Assembly: GCA_045580325.1 (NCBI GenBank)
Contig: JAZNNR010000005.1
Location: 67,504-131,503 of the forward strand
Reading direction: 5' to 3'
Source: Eubacteriales bacterium
GTDB lineage: Bacteria > Bacillota > Clostridia > Oscillospirales > CAG-272
DNA: 64,000 nucleotides
This document shows positions 60,877 through 64,000 of the stretch, in pieces. The notes under the pieces are model-generated. The model did no database searches and had not been told where the DNA came from. It saw nothing but the letters and a program-made list of their open reading frames with translations. The position numbers were made by a program, and so were the translations under genes. The stretch's first letter is position 1. Each line of letters opens with the position of its first letter.

Positions 60877-61274
60877 AAATAACCGAAGTGGTGGCTGCCC
60901 TGATCTGGCAGGGCAATACATTCATGATCTGCCAACGCCCGGCGCACAAGGCGAGAGGTCTCCTTTGGGAGTTTGTTGGCGGCAAGGTCGAGCCAGGAGA
61001 AACAAAAGAACAAGCCCTAATCCGCGAGTGCAGAGAAGAGCTTGCGATAACGCTGTCGGTAGGTAATGTATTTATGGATGTCATCCACGAATATCCCGAT
61101 TTGACGGTGCATTTGACTTTGTTCAATGCTACCATAGCCAAAGGAGAGCCGCAGAAGTTGGAGCACAACGATATCCAATGGATCACGCCGAGTGAGATTC
61201 CGAACTATGAGTTCTGCCCGGCAGACGAGGAGATCCTCGCCAAAATTATCGAAAGGTACGGTAATACCGTATGA
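60873..61274 (+). CDS. NUDIX hydrolase (MutT-like)
   Basis: NUDIX box GGKVEPGETKEQALIRECREELAI. ATGA overlap with the DUF2075 stop. Confidence 0.85.
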   Translation: MKITEVVAALIWQGNTFMICQRPAHKARGLLWEFVGGKVEPGETKEQALIRECREELAITLSVGNVFMDVIHEYPDLTVHLTLFNATIAKGEPQKLEHNDIQWITPSEIPNYEFCPADEEILAKIIERYGNTV

Positions 61275-62125
61275 ACAAGCTAAAGCAAAACCGTGCGGTG
61301 AATTTTATTGTTGTCACGCTGGTATACATAATTGCCACCGTGGTGGGCGTGCTTGCCTATCGCACGCTCACGTTCGATTGGTGGCTGTCATTGCTCATCG
61401 CGGATGCTACGGCAACCGTGGTGACATTCGTTTTCAGTCTCATTTTTAAGAATGCATCGGTCTACGACCCCTATTGGAGCGTGCAACCGCCCGTCATTCT
61501 CGTAGCGTTTGCCGTCGGCAAGGAACTGACGGTCCTCGGAGTTCTTCTGCTTGTGGTCGTGTCCTTTTGGGCAATTCGCTTGACGGCGAACTGGGCGTAC
61601 ACCTTTGGGAATCTCACGCACCAGGACTGGCGTTACACCATGCTCAGTGAAAAGACGGGTGTATTTTACCCCATCATCAATTTCGTGGGCATCCATATGG
61701 TGCCGACGCTGGTGGTGTACGGCTGTATTCTGCCCGGCGTTTATGCCATCCGTGAAGGACTTTCGGCTAATATCGCAAGCGTGCTGCTGCTGTGCCTGTC
61801 CCTCTGCGCGGCAAGCATGCAGGGGATCGCCGATATACAAATGCACAAATTCCGCAAGAATCGCACCGCGCCTTTTATTCGCATAGGCCTTTGGAAATAC
61901 TCGCGCCATCCCAACTATCTTGGCGAGATTCTCATGTGGTGGGGCGTGGGTCTGTCCGTGGTTTGCGCGGCACCAAGCGCGTGGTACTTGATCGCAGGGG
62001 CGGTCGCAAACACGGTGCTTTTCCTTGCGGTAAGCATTCCCATGGCTGATAAACGCCAGTCTCGCAAGGATGGCTTTGCGGAGTACAAAAAGCAGACGAG
62101 AATGCTGTTGCCCATCAAAAAATAA
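61271..62125 (+). CDS. DUF1295 / ICMT-like membrane protein (putative methyltransferase/reductase fold)
   Basis: Polytopic, with YSRHPNYLGEILMWWG. ATGA overlap with the NUDIX stop. Confidence 0.7.
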   Translation: MNKLKQNRAVNFIVVTLVYIIATVVGVLAYRTLTFDWWLSLLIADATATVVTFVFSLIFKNASVYDPYWSVQPPVILVAFAVGKELTVLGVLLLVVVSFWAIRLTANWAYTFGNLTHQDWRYTMLSEKTGVFYPIINFVGIHMVPTLVVYGCILPGVYAIREGLSANIASVLLLCLSLCAASMQGIADIQMHKFRKNRTAPFIRIGLWKYSRHPNYLGEILMWWGVGLSVVCAAPSAWYLIAGAVANTVLFLAVSIPMADKRQSRKDGFAEYKKQTRMLLPIKK

Positions 62126-62152
62126 TTTCTTACATAAGAAAAAGGTACGACT

Positions 62153-63022
62153 ATGCTTTGGATTATTGCCGCTATACTTTCCGCTGTGTTTGCAGGGGTG
62201 ACCTCAATTCTTGCCAAATGTGGCATCAAAAAGACTGACTCCGACCTCGCTACAGCGATTCGCACCGTTGTGGTGCTGATCTTTTCGTGGGTGATGGTAT
62301 TCGTAGTCGGATTGCAAGGCACGATTGTGGAAATCGATCCCAAGTCACTGATCTTTTTGATTCTCTCGGGGCTTGCCACGGGCGCTTCGTGGATCTGCTA
62401 CTTTAAGGCGCTTTCGATGGGGGACATCAATAAGGTCGTTCCCATTGATAAGTCAAGCACGATACTCACTGTCCTGCTCGCGATCCTTTGCTTTGGTGAG
62501 ACGTCGAATCTGGTATTCAAGCTGATCGCCACCGCCATTCTCACGCTTGGAATCTTTTTTATGATCGAAAAGAAAAAGACCGAAGGACAGGCCAAGGGGC
62601 GTTCGTGGATGATCTACGCGGTGCTCTCCGCCGTTTTTGCCGCACTCACATCGATACTTGCCAAGGTGGGTATTTCGGGCGTGGACTCCAATCTTGGCAC
62701 AGCGATCCGCACGTGCGTCGTGCTCGTTATGGCTTGGGGAATCGTTCTTGCGCGCGGAAAGCAAAAGCAATTGCCGTCGCTTGACAAAAAGGAACTGCTG
62801 TTCATTTCGCTTTCGGGTATTGCTACGGGAGCATCGTGGTTGTGTTACTATTACGCAATCGGTCATGGACTTGTCAGCGTAGTTGTACCAATCGATAAGC
62901 TAAGTATCGTCGTGACCGTTGCATTTTCTTATTTTGTGTTCAAAGAAAAGCTGTCGAAAAAAGCCTTCCTTGGGCTTGTCCTCATGGTCGCTGGCACGTT
63001 GCTGATGGCGTTTTTCAAGTGA
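62153..63022 (+). CDS. EamA/DMT family transporter
   Basis: 289 aa, 10 predicted TM segments in two homologous halves (..LAKCGIKKTDSDLATAIRT.. and ..LAKVGISGVDSNLGTAIRT..). Confidence 0.8.
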   Translation: MLWIIAAILSAVFAGVTSILAKCGIKKTDSDLATAIRTVVVLIFSWVMVFVVGLQGTIVEIDPKSLIFLILSGLATGASWICYFKALSMGDINKVVPIDKSSTILTVLLAILCFGETSNLVFKLIATAILTLGIFFMIEKKKTEGQAKGRSWMIYAVLSAVFAALTSILAKVGISGVDSNLGTAIRTCVVLVMAWGIVLARGKQKQLPSLDKKELLFISLSGIATGASWLCYYYAIGHGLVSVVVPIDKLSIVVTVAFSYFVFKEKLSKKAFLGLVLMVAGTLLMAFFK

Positions 63023-63043
63023 TGATAAGGAGAAAAAATTGAT

Positions 63044-63421
63044 ATGATAAACGATTATGAATCCGAAACTCGCGCACGCTGGGGCAACACCGATGCCTAC
63101 CGCGAGCACGAGCAAAAGACAAAGAATTACACAAAAGAAAAATGGGCAGAAGCAAACGATGGCATGATGGCGATCTTTACCGAGTTTGCCGCGTGCAAGG
63201 AAAGTGGCGCAAGTGCCGATTCTGCCGAGGCGCAGGCGCTTGTTGCCAAGCTTCAGGCGCACATCACGGAGAACTACTATACCTGCACGGACGAGATCCT
63301 CGCAGGGCTGGGGAAGATGTACGTTGCCGACGAGCGATTCAAAAAGAACATCGATAAGTACGGCGACGGAACTGCGGAGTTTGCAACTGATGCAATTGCC
63401 GCTTACACGAGGGAAATTTGA
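63044..63421 (+). CDS. TipAS antibiotic-recognition domain protein (stand-alone)
   Basis: 125 aa: ..ETRARWGNTDAYREHEQKTKNYTKEKW..LGKMYVADERFKKNIDKYGDGTAEF.., characteristic of TipAS/Mta C-terminal domains. There is no MerR HTH. Confidence 0.75.
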   Translation: MINDYESETRARWGNTDAYREHEQKTKNYTKEKWAEANDGMMAIFTEFAACKESGASADSAEAQALVAKLQAHITENYYTCTDEILAGLGKMYVADERFKKNIDKYGDGTAEFATDAIAAYTREI

Positions 63422-63528
63422 ATCACCCCCAATGATGAACGACTCGGGGTTAACGTAGCCGATCATCGTTTATTGTCATTTTGAAAAAAATGACATGATG
63501 GTGTTATCACAAAGGAGATGATGGAAAA

Positions 63529-64000
63529 ATGGGAGGAAAAAGCCTGTCAAAGGATTTTACACAAGGAAATATAGCCCGACAGCTTTTTTTCTTTGCGATA
63601 CCCTTCATGGCGTCAAACGCACTTCAAGTGTTATACAGTACCATCGATATGATCATTGTCGGAGAGTTTGTGGGGACGCCCGGACTTTCGGCCGTTTCAC
63701 AGAGCAGTCAAATCGTTAATTTTGCAACGATGGTTTGCCTTGGTTTTTCCAATGCAGGGCAGGTCCTTTTAGCACAAGCGCTTGGTGCGAAAAAGCGAAA
63801 AGAAATGAACGATATCATCGGCACGCTTTTCACTTTTGTTAGCGTTATTGCGCTGATATTCACTGGCGCTATGCTTTGTGCGCAGGGATGGATCCTGGAC
63901 ACGATGAAGATTCCCGATGAATCGTACGATATGGCAAGAGATTATCTTGTTATCTGCGCCTCTGGACTCATCTTCACAGCCGGGTATAATTTGGTTTCCG
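63529..64000 (+). CDS. MATE family efflux transporter (N-terminal part; continues beyond the window)
   Basis: Manual translation from ATG 63529: MGGKSLSKDFTQGNIARQLFFFAIPFMASNALQVLYSTIDMIIVGEFVG..., open to the window end. It is not in the ORF track. Confidence 0.75.
   Translation, partial: MGGKSLSKDFTQGNIARQLFFFAIPFMASNALQVLYSTIDMIIVGEFVGTPGLSAVSQSSQIVNFATMVCLGFSNAGQVLLAQALGAKKRKEMNDIIGTLFTFVSVIALIFTGAMLCAQGWILDTMKIPDESYDMARDYLVICASGLIFTAGYNLVS

Overview
This 64-kb segment looks like a Firmicutes/Clostridia chromosome. That placement is an inference from gene content: split transketolase, iorAB, archaeal-type SipW peptidases, and a (S/P)PxTG sorting motif. GC is low to moderate by eye.

- **1-32.4 kb, ordinary housekeeping and sugar genes.** These are a YfcE-like phosphoesterase, split transketolase, a BNR/sialidase-like lipoprotein, indolepyruvate:ferredoxin oxidoreductase iorAB, a YerC/TrpR-like protein, tRNA-Arg(CCG), folD, lgt (with an odd acidic tail), two M16 peptidases, a 2,404-aa GT84/GH94 cyclic beta-1,2-glucan-synthase-like giant, comEC, HU, a CDF transporter, a flavodoxin-like protein, an AraC-controlled rhaBAD rhamnose operon, and a FucI-like isomerase with its own AraC regulator.
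- **32.5-57.8 kb, the standout region.** A 25-kb, 12-gene locus is arranged as two divergent operons around a 547-bp AT-rich control region.
  - It encodes three SipW-type (S26B, Ser/His) signal peptidases.
  - It also encodes nine secreted proteins with TasA/camelysin-like N-terminal domains.
  - Eight of these carry SipW-cognate-type signal peptides (...A-W-F-T-D... and variants). One carries a classical signal peptide plus a PPQTG cell-wall sorting signal.
  - Two paralogous substrates are about 2,190 aa. One ends in three Listeria-Bacteroides repeats plus a C-terminal Hint (intein-like autoprocessing) domain. The other carries two BspA-type LRR blocks and GLUG repeats.
  - I interpret this as a previously uncharacterised heteropolymeric TasA-like fibre/adhesin system.
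- **57.8-64 kb.** This part holds a promoter-to-terminator bounded ~320-nt noncoding unit with a tRNA-like 3' module and five GACCACA repeats. It is divergent from an XRE-HTH / DUF2075 nuclease-helicase-like / NUDIX / DUF1295 overlapping gene string. A visibly higher-GC block follows, with EamA, TipAS and MATE genes.

Many long ORFs in the track are antisense shadows of the adhesin genes and were rejected.
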